A DNA stretch of 64,000 nt from Octopus vulgaris (Eukaryota), in assembly GCA_951406725.2 (NCBI GenBank), contig OX597814.1, positions 141,732,001 through 141,796,000 of the forward strand, given 5' to 3'. The notes beneath the pieces are model-generated. The model ran no database searches, was not told the origin of the DNA, and worked only from the letters and a program-made list of their open reading frames with translations. Positions 14,837 to 25,140 of this stretch are shown here, piece after piece. Position 1 is the first letter of the stretch, and every line of letters starts with the position of its first letter. The translations under genes were made by a program, and so were the position numbers.

Positions 14837-15836
14837 CTAAATGAAAGCCCTGACTTTCTCTCTGATTTACATTACTTTCTCTTTAATTTACAAATGTACG
14901 TTACGCATACACGCACACATAATAAATGTCAACACATACATTTAATGGGTTCACCCATTATCTCTCTATTTGCTATCACGGTGACGAACATTTTGGGAAG
15001 AAATCGTAAGAAGTAACATGAAATCGATTTCAAACTACCCTCGGTGGTGGGGGGGTAATCTGAAATCGCTATACCGGGGCTGGTTTTGAGTAACATAAAG
15101 CTTTCCTTTCATAATTCCCAAGTTACTCTGAAAGGTGGGAAAAAAAAAGGAATATGTATCATATATAATGCATGGATACTATGGAAATACGTCCCGTGTA
15201 TCACGTGTGATACGTAGGACAGGCAAGGATTCAAACGAATCATTAATAGCATGAAGCTCATCGGTATTGGAGACCCTGCAAAGGTCATGAGCATTTCCTT
15301 CCTGCCAGCCCTTTATCCAAACTCAGCAACAGAAATAAAGATTTTTAAAAAATGACAAAAGAAAAAAAAAAATCACAAGTGCTGTTACAGCTGTTCTACA
15401 AAGTGAGATTGTGACCGACAATGACTTGACTTTTCTCATAGTATTTTCGACCGTTATAGCTGATAGAAACAGTCAACAGTAACACTGGTAACTGTGACGT
15501 CATTGTATTGAGCGGTATTGCCTTCCGTCGCTTATTCAACAACACTGGTTTACTATAATTATCCATCAACGAACTGTAAGATGATGAAGCATTGTACACT
15601 GGTAAATACTATCCATTCAGAGATATGGTAAATAGTGTGAGTTGTACTGGTTAACCTTTGTAAAAAACGATGTCGTGATATCTTTTGTATCACGTTAATT
15701 ATTACTTCAGTAATAGTTACGATGCTTCGATAATGAACTTGAAATATACGTAGCATAATGTTTGTATGAATTGTACATCCAGACGTAGAAAATGAAAAAG
15801 AAATGTTATTTTCTTACTGTAACATTTTATGTAAAA

Positions 15837-16213
15837 CTAGCAGTATCTAGGGAAATAACTATATAAGCATTTTTAGAGATGTAAAGTATAATAGCCATCT
15901 CAATATGGCTAACCACAAAGGGGGGGGGGGGTGTTACTGTAGCTTTTTACGTTCTGAGATTTAATGCTAAATTTTTAGAGAGTTACTTTCCTTATATATG
16001 CCAAAATGCATTAAAATGTGAAAATTTGATGGTAAATTTTTTTTTAAATCGTAGACTCATCGTAGACGCGCGCTAATACCCAGAAGGGCTCGATATGAAT
16101 CACGACTATAAGATACCCGCTTTTGGTTAAACTGAACCGCAAAATGTGGGAGTAGTTAGGAATCTAAATCGTAGGAGACACACAACACACAACCTCTCTT
16201 TTATATATAAAGA
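15837..16213 (-). mobile_element. Non-autonomous Helitron-like element
   Basis: The minus strand begins A|TCTTTATATATAAAAG and ends ..TACTGCTAG|T, i.e. 5'-TC and CTAG-3' inserted in an AT target. The subterminal hairpin is absent. Confidence 0.7.
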
Positions 16214-16342
16214 TTAATTCCTCTTCCAGCAAATGTTAAATTGCTGGTGATAAACTACGGTCGACTTTTAAACGAGATATACATTCATTCGAGTATATGC
16301 ACCTATGCATGTACGTGTTCACACACACACACACACACACAT

Positions 16343-16562
16343 TCGAGAGGATGGTGAAAAGTTTCTGACTTTGAGTAAAAGAAAATACAGGAAGATCAGT
16401 CAATTATGATTTTATTCAACATATTCCCCTCTCAAATTCACACACTTATTGCAGCGTTCCTTCAGTGTTTCTAAGCCCTGTAAAAGATCTCGGAAGGTTG
16501 GGTCTCCAACCAGGCCTTTGGCGACACCCTTAAAGCCAGGAACTTTTCAGCCCTCTCGTGTA
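16343..16562. mobile_element. Tc1/mariner-type MITE
   Basis: Left CGAGAGGATGGTGAAAAGTTTCTGACTTT resembles the right-end reverse complement CGAGAGGGCTGAAAAGTTCCTGGCTTT. Confidence 0.7.
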
Positions 16563-16749
16563 TCACATTCACAAATATTTTAAATACCTGTGTATATATA
16601 TCAATGCAAAACTAATATTTTTAGTTTTCACTGAACACTGGTATAAACCGGAGAACTAGGATGCTAGCAACCCTTTAAAGGATTACAGGTCCTTGACACA
16701 AATTATACATACATACACACACACACACGCATATATATATATATATGTA

Positions 16750-17520
16750 CTAGCAGAGATACCCGGCGTTGCTCGTGTTACATGCATTTTGAAGGATTAG
16801 ACTTTTCTGTTATATTTCTCAAATGAACTGGAATACCTATGATTCGAATTTCATCAAAATTGCAGATGATGGATCTTTCCCTCTTTACACACCCTAAAAA
16901 ATTCTAATCATGACATATGTATCCCATACTTTGATCTTTATGCGCAGATTCCAAAATTCCAGTCTTATGGAACATGTTAAAAGGATTTTGCTCCTGAAAA
17001 ATGGAGGTCATGGAGCTCTAAAATGGGGGAGTTAAGGCCCCTATTGGGGGTGGGTGTCATAATGTCAACCAGAGAAGTTGAATTGTTGAGAATCTTTTTA
17101 ACTTGGGTCTTATATGTATTGTTCGAATTTCTTTGAAATAGGAAATATATGTATGTTCACTGGGTTTGTAAAAGAGAGCAAAGCTACAGGAAACCAAAAG
17201 ACGAATGATCACAATAAGCAGTCGGCTACCCTATCCTAGTCGTTACTACTCCCCAGTGAAGGATTCCTCACCATACAGGTGACAGACACAGCTGTATGAT
17301 GCATTACGGATCTATAGCAATTGGAAGGGCGTGACCCAACTCAAACATTAACAACTGTATGACGTGAAGGCTAATGGGAAATGAAAGTGTCACCTCTGGA
17401 GTTTGCAAATGACCACTATACCGATAGGTAATTGGGCAGAATAAATTTACAATCTATAAATGTCTTTCAATAACCAGTCACTAATCTGGGAAGGCCTTGA
17501 AATCAATGTTACCATCGGGG

Positions 17521-17525
<5 letters not shown>
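16750..17525 (-). mobile_element. Helitron-like element, 3' end
   Basis: The plus strand reads ACTAGCAGAGATACCCGGCGTTGCTCGTG, i.e. a CTAG|T terminus with a GC-rich subterminal hairpin remnant. The 5' limit is uncertain. Confidence 0.55.
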
Positions 17526-17564
<39 letters not shown>

Positions 17565-18195
17565 GCATGTATATATATGTGTATATATATATGCTAGAAA
17601 GAATAAATCGTGGGGTCGATTTCTTCGATTAAAGGTGGTGCTCCAGCATGGCCGCAGTCACATGACCGAAACAAGGAAAACAATAAAAAAAAACTATATA
17701 CCATTTTAATCTCGAGTTGTTACTCTGTTGGGATAAATTGCTCTACCGTGTGGTAAACATTCTGGATCTCTACTGTCCGTTCTGAGTTCAAATCGCGCTG
17801 GGGTCAATTATCTTTGTCATTCTACCAGTGTTCAATAGATAGCATAGCAGGTACTATACTTCTCGATACTTCACTTTCTCTCTCTTCTTATTTCTTCTGG
17901 AAGAGATCACTTGTGGCCATACCGGAAGAGGACGAACTCCTCCAGATATACGAAATGCCCCAGACTGGCCGTATATCACAACAGTATTTGTATGACTTCA
18001 TCGATGCATACATTGGCTCTGCTTTGCTTTGGTTCTTTAACCCCTGATCGAATCGCAGAGATGCTGTCGTGATATATATGGCGTGTCATGGATATTTTTA
18101 GACCTGGCATAGCATATACCATCCCGTTTATGACCCCCCGCTGATGTACCAAAAGCAAAGCTGACCTCATAGAAATACAAACTAAAATGTGTGTT

Positions 18196-18380
18196 ACAGT
18201 TCTATATTTAAGAGATGAGGAATTATGTATATTATTTACATTTGACGGATATTTGTCCTCATCTTGTTTCGGCTGATATACCCTCCAGCCTTCGTCAGGT
18301 GTCTTGGGGGAAATTTCGAACCTGGGTTCTCATTCCTAAGGTATTTTTCGATGTTATTATTATTATTATTATTATTGTAA

Positions 18381-18444
<64 letters not shown>

Positions 18445-18580
18445 CATCGAAAAATACCTTAGGTATGAGAACCCAAGTTCGAAATTTCCCTAAGACACTT
18501 GATGGAGGGTATATTGGCCGAAACGTTGTGTTAACAACAAACAAGATGAGGACAAATATCCGTCAAATGTAAATAATGTA
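18196..18580. mobile_element. Inverted pair of Penelope-like terminal repeats around (TAA)n, each with a partial hammerhead motif
   Basis: 18232-18375 is the reverse complement of ~18425-18578 (e.g. TTTACATTTGACGGATATTTGTCCTCATCTTG and CCTAAGGTATTTTTCGATGTTATT), with CTGACGA..GAAAC motifs inside. Confidence 0.65.
18266..18304 (-). ncRNA. Minimal type-I hammerhead ribozyme motif (incomplete)
   Basis: The minus strand reads GACAC-CTGACGA-A-GGCTG[GAGGGTATAT]CAGCC-GAAAC. The stem III/I 3' part (GTTGTGTT) is missing here but present in the partner copy at 18520-18532. Confidence 0.5.
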
Positions 18581-18583
18581 AAA

Positions 18584-18614
<31 letters not shown>

Positions 18615-18615
18615 G

Positions 18616-18761
18616 TTAAAACAATTTTACTCAGCTCCTCATGACTTGAAGTTGCGTGGTCGGACCCATTGAATACTAGATGAGTGATACCTGATAAAAT
18701 GGACGCCTCTTACGCGCCCACGAAACCTCAAGTCATGTGTATCTGAGTCAAACTGCTATTA
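18616..18761. repeat. ~145-bp imperfect inverted repeat (MITE-like)
   Basis: Left ACAATTTTACTCAGCTCCTCATGACTTGAAGTTGCGTGG resembles the right-end reverse complement GCAGTTTGACTCAGATACACATGACTTGAGGTTTCGTGG. Confidence 0.7.
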
Positions 18762-19444
18762 AAGTTGTATAGACACATATATGTAACTCCCACCATATTG
18801 TATTGTGACTTTTCGTTCCCTTACTCACCCGTGTGAGAGTTTGTGTGTGTGTGTGTACATATCTTTTATCTTTTACTTGCTTCAGTCATTAGATTGCAGC
18901 CATGCTGGGGCACCGCCACGAACAATTATTTTTCGCTGAATGAATTGACCCCTGTAGTCATTGTTCAGTACGGTACTTATTCTATCGATCTCTTTTGCTA
19001 AACGACTAAGCTACGGGGAGGTAAACACATCAACACCAGTTGTCAAAACGGTGGTGGGGGACAAATTGATTTCTGATTTTCTTTTAGCGAATAAATAATA
19101 TTCGCTAGGTGAAATCTTCGTCAACAGGTACACCTTAGATTAAATATATAAAACACGAGGCAATCAACTATGTGCCTATTGTTTATACATCCTAATTTTT
19201 TCAAAATCTACTGCGCTGACACAGCCCCTCGTCGGCAATAAAAAAAGTGCCAACTTTTAGAATCCGAAAATTATCCAAAAACTTACAATACTTAATCATA
19301 TCGAACGGAAAAGGAAATTAATAGAAATTTTCGCTTCCAGTGGTCTAGCGTGTAAAAATATATATGATATACCTGTATATATATAATAAATATATGATAA
19401 ACATATATGTGTAAATGTGCGTGTGTGTGTGTGTATGTATGTAT

Positions 19445-19601
19445 GTATATATATGTAAATCATATATATGTATATCATATTTATATGTATATCATATTTA
19501 TATGTATATCATATATATATGTATATCATATATATATATTTATATCATATACGTATATGTATATCATATATATATATTTATATCATATACGTATATGTAT
19601 G

Positions 19602-19636
<35 letters not shown>

Positions 19637-19652
19637 AATCATATATATATAT
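19445..19652. repeat. AT-rich minisatellite (~TATATCATATATATG unit)
   Basis: Recurrent TATCATAT motif, read directly. Confidence 0.85.
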
Positions 19653-20132
19653 AGTTTGAAATGCGTACGTTATCGTTCTGCAGAACACACGCACTAAAGA
19701 ATAGCCTCATTAATAGTACGTGTTCATTATAAAAATATGGAAGCAGACGTCAATAAAATGGGATTGTTAACTTATAAAAATAATATCTACTTATTTCTAG
19801 TAATTGATATTATTAGAGTGAGAGGAAGCATTCAGTCATATACAAATATTTAGCGGGAAAGTAATCATAGTCAGACTGGTTAAGACGGGGAGATGGAAAC
19901 GTGTTGTTAAAAAGAGGAAAACAATATTGATACAGATATGAACGCATCACATGTGGACAGTTAGAGTTTTCATGATGCGCGTGTTACGAGAATTTTGACG
20001 TTTCGAGCCATGTTTTTCCAGAGATAAAGTGGGGCTGCGAAATAAAAAGACACGCAAACAATAGGCTGGAACAAACTCAATTTTTGGGAGTTGGTTACTT
20101 TTATGTTTTTCTTCTTCCCTCACACACTTTAT

Positions 20133-20297
20133 GTAGGCACAGGCGTGGCTGTGTGTTAAGAAGTTTACTTCCCACCTATATAATTCCGGGTTTAGTCCCA
20201 CGGTGCGGCACCCTGAGCAAGTGTCTTTAAGTGTAGCCTCGGGCGGCCAACGACTTCTGAGTGAATTTGGAAGACGGAAACTGAAAGAAGCCCGTCA

Positions 20298-20300
<3 letters not shown>
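20133..20300 (+). mobile_element. CORE-type SINE 5' half followed by (CTAT)n
   Basis: GGCACAGGCGTGGCTGTGTG..GGGTTTAGTCCCAC..GGCACCCTGAGCAAGTGTC. Confidence 0.75.
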
Positions 20301-20331
<31 letters not shown>

Positions 20332-20423
20332 CCTACCTATCTATCTATCTACCTATCTATCTATCTATCTATCTTTTTTTAGATAAACAAACTTAGAAGT
20401 GTCGAGTAGGTTGGATCCTATTT

Positions 20424-21498
20424 GGATCTTTTCGGTTTGAACGGCAGTTTTTCTAGCGGTGTCATATGTTAGTTAGTTAGTTAGTTAGTTAATTTGGCTC
20501 AAAAGCAAATAGCAAGGCCATGTAGGGGGACATGGAGTTAAGTACAGGGTGGTGTTCATGTAAAGAGTTCAGGCCACTTGAGGTCAAGGGATGCTTTGAA
20601 CAAAGCGGTCGTCGGCATCTTCACCATCTCGTCTGGCAGCTTGTTCCACGGATCCGCAACCCGGACGGAGAAAGCTCCTCTCCTTCGATTGAGATGAAAT
20701 CGTCGCAGGTAGAGCTTTTCGGAATGACCCCGCAGCCGACGCTCTGGAGCAGGAGTGAAGAACAGCTCTTTCGAGAGGTTACACTTTCCGCTTATGATGT
20801 TGTGGGCGAGAATGAGATCACCACGGCGGCGGCGTTTTTCAAGAGAATAAAGGTCGAGCGTCCTCAGCCTTTCTTCATAGGACAAATTTTTGAGACCATG
20901 AACCATGCGGGTAGCCAGCTTCTGGACTCTTTCGAGATGCTGTATGTCTTTGAGGAGATAAGGAGAAGAGGCTTGAATCCCATACTCTAATATGGGTCTC
21001 ACCATAGAGTGGTAGGAATATGGCTGCTGTGAGCATTCCGAATGACCGTCGAATCAAGAACAGAATTCCGCGTGCTTTGTTGGCAGCATGGACGCACTGG
21101 GCCGAAGGCGAAAAGGAGGAATCCACCAAGATACCTAGGTCCTTTACCTGATCGGTCCTCTCCAGCAGCAGACGACCGAATATGAAATTGTCACCCATAA
21201 TTATGACCCTAGAATCGATTGCATTTCAATCTCTTTTAGGGTTAGGGTTAGGAGAAGGGTATCTTTTTTTGTTCATAAATGTAAATAAACCCAATCTGTT
21301 TCTTAAACGAGGGACATGTTCATACGGCACAGAATGATTTTTAACTCAATAGACGTCACTGATTGGTTGAAATTGAAGAAAAAAAAACAACAAATATCTT
21401 ACAAACCATAGAATTTTCTCTACCAGTATACGAAAGTTTAAAATTTTTTAGTTACCTAGAAATTATGTTAAAAACTGCCGTTCAAACCGAAAAGATCC
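20424..21498. mobile_element. Non-autonomous DNA transposon with perfect 29-bp TIRs (host of the CR1 insertion)
   Basis: GGATCTTTTCGGTTTGAACGGCAGTTTTT at 20424-20452 and its exact reverse complement at 21470-21498; internal (TTAGGG)2TTAGG at 21236-21252. Confidence 0.9.
20469..21179 (-). mobile_element. 5'-truncated CR1-clade LINE (ORF2 C-terminus, 3' UTR and (TAAC)n tail)
   Basis: ORFs 20875-21198 and 20556-21005 give KDLGILVD..ANKARGILFLIRRSF..VRPILEY..LERVQKLATRM..SYEERLRTLDLYSLEKRRRRGDLI..RGHS..FSVRV..WNKLP with one frameshift. ATATG is duplicated at 20464-20468 and 21180-21184. Confidence 0.92.
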
Positions 21499-22189
21499 TG
21501 GTATTTTACCAAAAATAAAGTAAGTTTCGTTTACAGGATTCTTTATGTTGATTCGTATGTTGAAACAAATTTTGCTATGTCTAAAGGCATAATGACTCTC
21601 CCTAGACGTAACAAAGTAAATTTCGAACGCGGGATAGTTGTGGAAACAGCCTAAAAACTGGGTAAGTATCCATAGAAGACAGGAAATGGTTGCAAAGTGT
21701 CACTGAAGCACTCACCTAGGAGTTACTGCATCCTAAAGTAGAAACAGCCGTAGGCTAATAATGTTCATATGATGTTCGTGTATTCCTTTATCCTCTCATT
21801 ATCTCATTACCGCTCTATACTCGACTAACGCTTTGTTCAGAAACATTCGTATATTGAATTCTACACCAGGCAATTTGTATCGTGATGCCTAAGCAAAATA
21901 TTAAAACACATTATGTGTGTCTGTGTGTGTGTATGTACTCCTCATCACCGCTTGACAACTGATGTTAGTGTCTTTACATCCCTGTAACTTAGCAGTTCAG
22001 TAAAAGAGACCGATAGAATAAGTACCAGGCTTAAAATAAAAATGTGCTGGGGTTGATTCATCTGACTAAAATTCAAGGCGGTGCCCCGGCATAGCCGCAG
22101 TTTAATGACTGAAACAAGTAAAACCCCCACACACACATTAATATATAGACATACGCACTATATGCGTATACATATCTGTACATTTATGT

Positions 22190-23320
22190 GGAACTTATAT
22201 TTCTCGAGAAGAAGGCAACAAATATCAGGATTTAAAGTTTCCAAAAATCATCTGATTCTTCTTCTGGAAAGAAATGCCGCTGGAGATATGAAATTAAGGC
22301 CCATATTCGTGATTCAATCTGGAAATTCAAAGGCTTTCAAGGATTACGCTAAGTTTAATTTACGTCTGATTTGGTATTCAAATAAAACGTTGATGATTAA
22401 AAGCCTTTTCAAAGAGAGATTTACAAATATCTTTTGTCCTCCTGTAGAAAGGTACAGTAACAGACATAATGCTGATTTCAAATTTCGGTACAAAGCCAGC
22501 AATTTCGGGAGAGGGGTTAAATCGATAACATCGACTGGTACACATTTTATCGACCCTGAACGGATGAAAAGCAAAGTCAACCACGGCGGAATTTGAATTC
22601 AGAACGTAAAGACGAACAAAATGCCGCTAAGCATTTTGCCTGGCGTGCTAACGAGTCTGCTTATTAACCACTTCGTACTAGACATATTTCCAACAAAGCA
22701 TTGCTCTATATCAGAGATTCCCAACCATTTTGTTTTTATTTATGGACCGCTTTGATTGCTATTTTATAGCCATTTGATGTTTAAAAACTAGTTGTATTGA
22801 AAGTTCTTTCAAAATTCCTATTTTGCTTTTCACACATTAACTTGTGTAGGTGAACTATGTAAAATGTTAAAGAAAGAAACCTAGTTTTTACTTGCATATT
22901 GCAAGTAAAAATTAGGTTTCTTTCTTTCATACCGTTATAATGCAAAATTATTTCAGAGCCCTTAAAATACTATTGTGGACCTCCAGTTTACCATTTTGTT
23001 GCGTGGATCCCGTAAAATCTTATATGGACCCTCAGGAACTCATATGGATCTCAATCTCCCGGTTGAGATCCAATGCTTTATATAGATGATGCATCAGTCA
23101 CCCAATTTAACTTAAATGAGCTTTGCAATGTGATAGTCATACATACGCCCAAGAATACAACTTCTTGCTCCGGCCAATGAATCAATGTGTGATAGCTAAC
23201 TTCGAGGTAGGTTATCCGAGGAGAATTTTTAAACTACTTATGAAAGAAATTGATAGAAAGGATAAACCTGCACTTCGAGACTTCTGGAAGAAGCTCAATG
23301 TAATGGACGTTGTGAATATA
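22190..23320 (+). mobile_element. Decayed Tigger (TIGD1-like) transposase, split by insertions
   Basis: SGFKVSKNHLILLLERNAAGDMKLRP..WYSNK..F..F.P.VERY (ORF 22081-22596), then KALLYIDDAS, and LLRPMNQCVIANFE..ALRDFWKKLNV (ORF 23123-23404). These parallel the Tigger motifs GFKxxKDRLTLLL, LDNAPGH and QPMDQGVI. Confidence 0.85.
22712..23075. mobile_element. hAT-Charlie-like MITE
   Basis: Termini CAGAGATTCCCAACC and GGTTGAGATCCAATG; near-identical 8-bp flanks CTCTATAT (22704-22711) and CTTTATAT (23076-23083). Confidence 0.75.
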
Positions 23321-24196
23321 CGAGGTCTGATCAATAAGTATCCAGACTGTTGCTATAGTAACGAAACTAAAGCATACGAAGTGAAGCCGCTTGGCACAGA
23401 TTGACCTTGAACTCTGCTGTGCATGCGCACTAAGTTTTAACATTCTAGCTCTTTTCCGCTGTTTACAATAGTGCTTGGAAGGAAGGCGTTTACTATGACA
23501 GAGAAAGTTGTCATGATGCTACCTGCTCAGAGGCCAACGCAAAGTTGCAGAAAGTGTATGGAGAGGAGTGTATGAGTCACATACAAGTGTACGAGTGGTT
23601 CAGACGTTTCCAAAATGGCCGAAAAAATGTCGATATAGACGAACATTCTGGGAGACCCACAACCGGTAGAACTGAGAAAAGCATTGCAGATGTGCGTGCA
23701 GCTGTGAGGGGAAATCGTCGAATCACAATCCGTGAGTTGTCAGAGGATGTACAAATTAGTTACGGTTCAGTTCAGTCCATTATCGCTGAAGATTTGGGTA
23801 TGAGACGCGTGTCTGCCAAGTTTGTGCCAAAACTGCTTTCAGCTGACCAAAAGAATACCTGAGTTTCAGTTGCACAAGATCTCCTTGATTGTGTCGAGAA
23901 TGATGAAAACTTTTTTGAAATCTTTGCGTTAGGCCTCTGAACAGGCATCGCCAAGCTTTTGGCAAATTTTGTTGCAGATTGTCTGCTCAACTTTCTCTGT
24001 CATGGTCATTACGACGATCACACGCTACACACCTTCCTTCCAAGCACTGCTGTTAACAGCGAAAGTGAGCTAGAACGTTAAAGCTTAGTGTGCATGCACA
24101 GCAGAGTTCAGGGTCAATCTGTGCCAAACGGTTCAACTCTCCGTGCTTTAGCTTCTTTACATAGCAATAGTCCGGATATTTATTGATCAAACCACG
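23321..24196 (+). mobile_element. Mariner element, internally deleted, with long (~250 bp) inverted arms
   Basis: TA|CGAGGTCTGATCAATAAGTATCC.. is mirrored at the right end. ORF 23545-23862 (VYEWFRRF..HSGRP..RRITIRELSE..LGMRRVSAKFVPKLL) is the mariner N-terminal HTH region; there is no DDD domain. Confidence 0.9.
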
Positions 24197-24824
24197 CATA
24201 TCAGAACATCCGTCAAAGACTATTTCAGTTGCTCCATCAACTGAATCACTCACAGACAGATGTAGCTTGAATGTGCTCCTTATGCAGAATCAGATCGATA
24301 ATGTGATACGACAGACCTTCCGAAACTACATGTAATGTCAATCCGACAGGTTTCCAAAGTTTCCGCTTACATAATTTCATTTGCTAGGTTTGGCTGAAAA
24401 CACACTTGCTTATGATGTCAAGAACCCAGGATCTCACAGTTGCGAAGTAAGCATTTTAAGCACTAGGCCATGCCTGTATCCAGAGAGAGAGAGATGGGGG
24501 AGAGAGAGTAGGAGGAAGAGAGAATTTCTTTATTCACCATAAGTTTGAGAAAAAGAGGGGACGATACCAGAGAGAGAGACAGACGTCCATTCAGTCTTGC
24601 CAACAATCTAGTACGCATGTTTCTTGGCAGTGATGCGAACCGGGTTCTATGAGCATCGCATCATTCAAGTTACGTATATTTTTTGCGAAAAGCATGAACC
24701 TCACAACAACCCATTTCACTTCTGATCTATAAATCTGAAACTCTGTGCTTATGTAATCCCCGTCATTACAAAAAAAAAAAAAAAAGCAAAAATTGAAAAT
24801 ATTTTAAAATATGGTTCGTTTATA

Positions 24825-25140
24825 CTTTTTTTACTTGTGTCAGTCATTGTAGCCATGCTGGGGCATCGCCTTGAAGGGTTTATTCGAATAAACTGGCCCC
24901 AGTACTTATTTTTTTTATGAACCGATACGTTACGGGGATGTAAACAAACCAACACCAGTTGTCAAGCGGCGGAGCGACAAACACATATGACCGACTTCCA
25001 CTCAAATTCACTCACAAGGAATCGGTCGGCCCGGGGCTATAATAAAAAGGAAAAAAAATGCGCAAATTGCTGTGCTGGAGGCCCGAACCCGAAACCGCAT
25101 GGTTGCAAAGGGAGCTTATAAACCGCGCAGCCACGCATGA
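24825..25140 (-). mobile_element. CORE-type SINE, diverged
   Basis: CAGTCATTGTAGCCATGCTGGGGCATCGCC..AATTCACTCACAAG..CCCGAACCCGAAACCGCATGG matches the other copies. Confidence 0.7.

Noticed and set aside
19445-19652. Regularly spaced repeats superficially like a CRISPR array
   Set aside because: This is a low-complexity minisatellite without unique spacers or cas genes, in a eukaryotic context.
19990-20030. Minus-strand GCTCGAAACGTC, a hammerhead-like 3' half
   Set aside because: There is no intact CUGANGA core or stem II partner.
20532-20990. 152-aa plus-strand ORF
   Set aside because: It is the antisense shadow of the CR1 ORF2.
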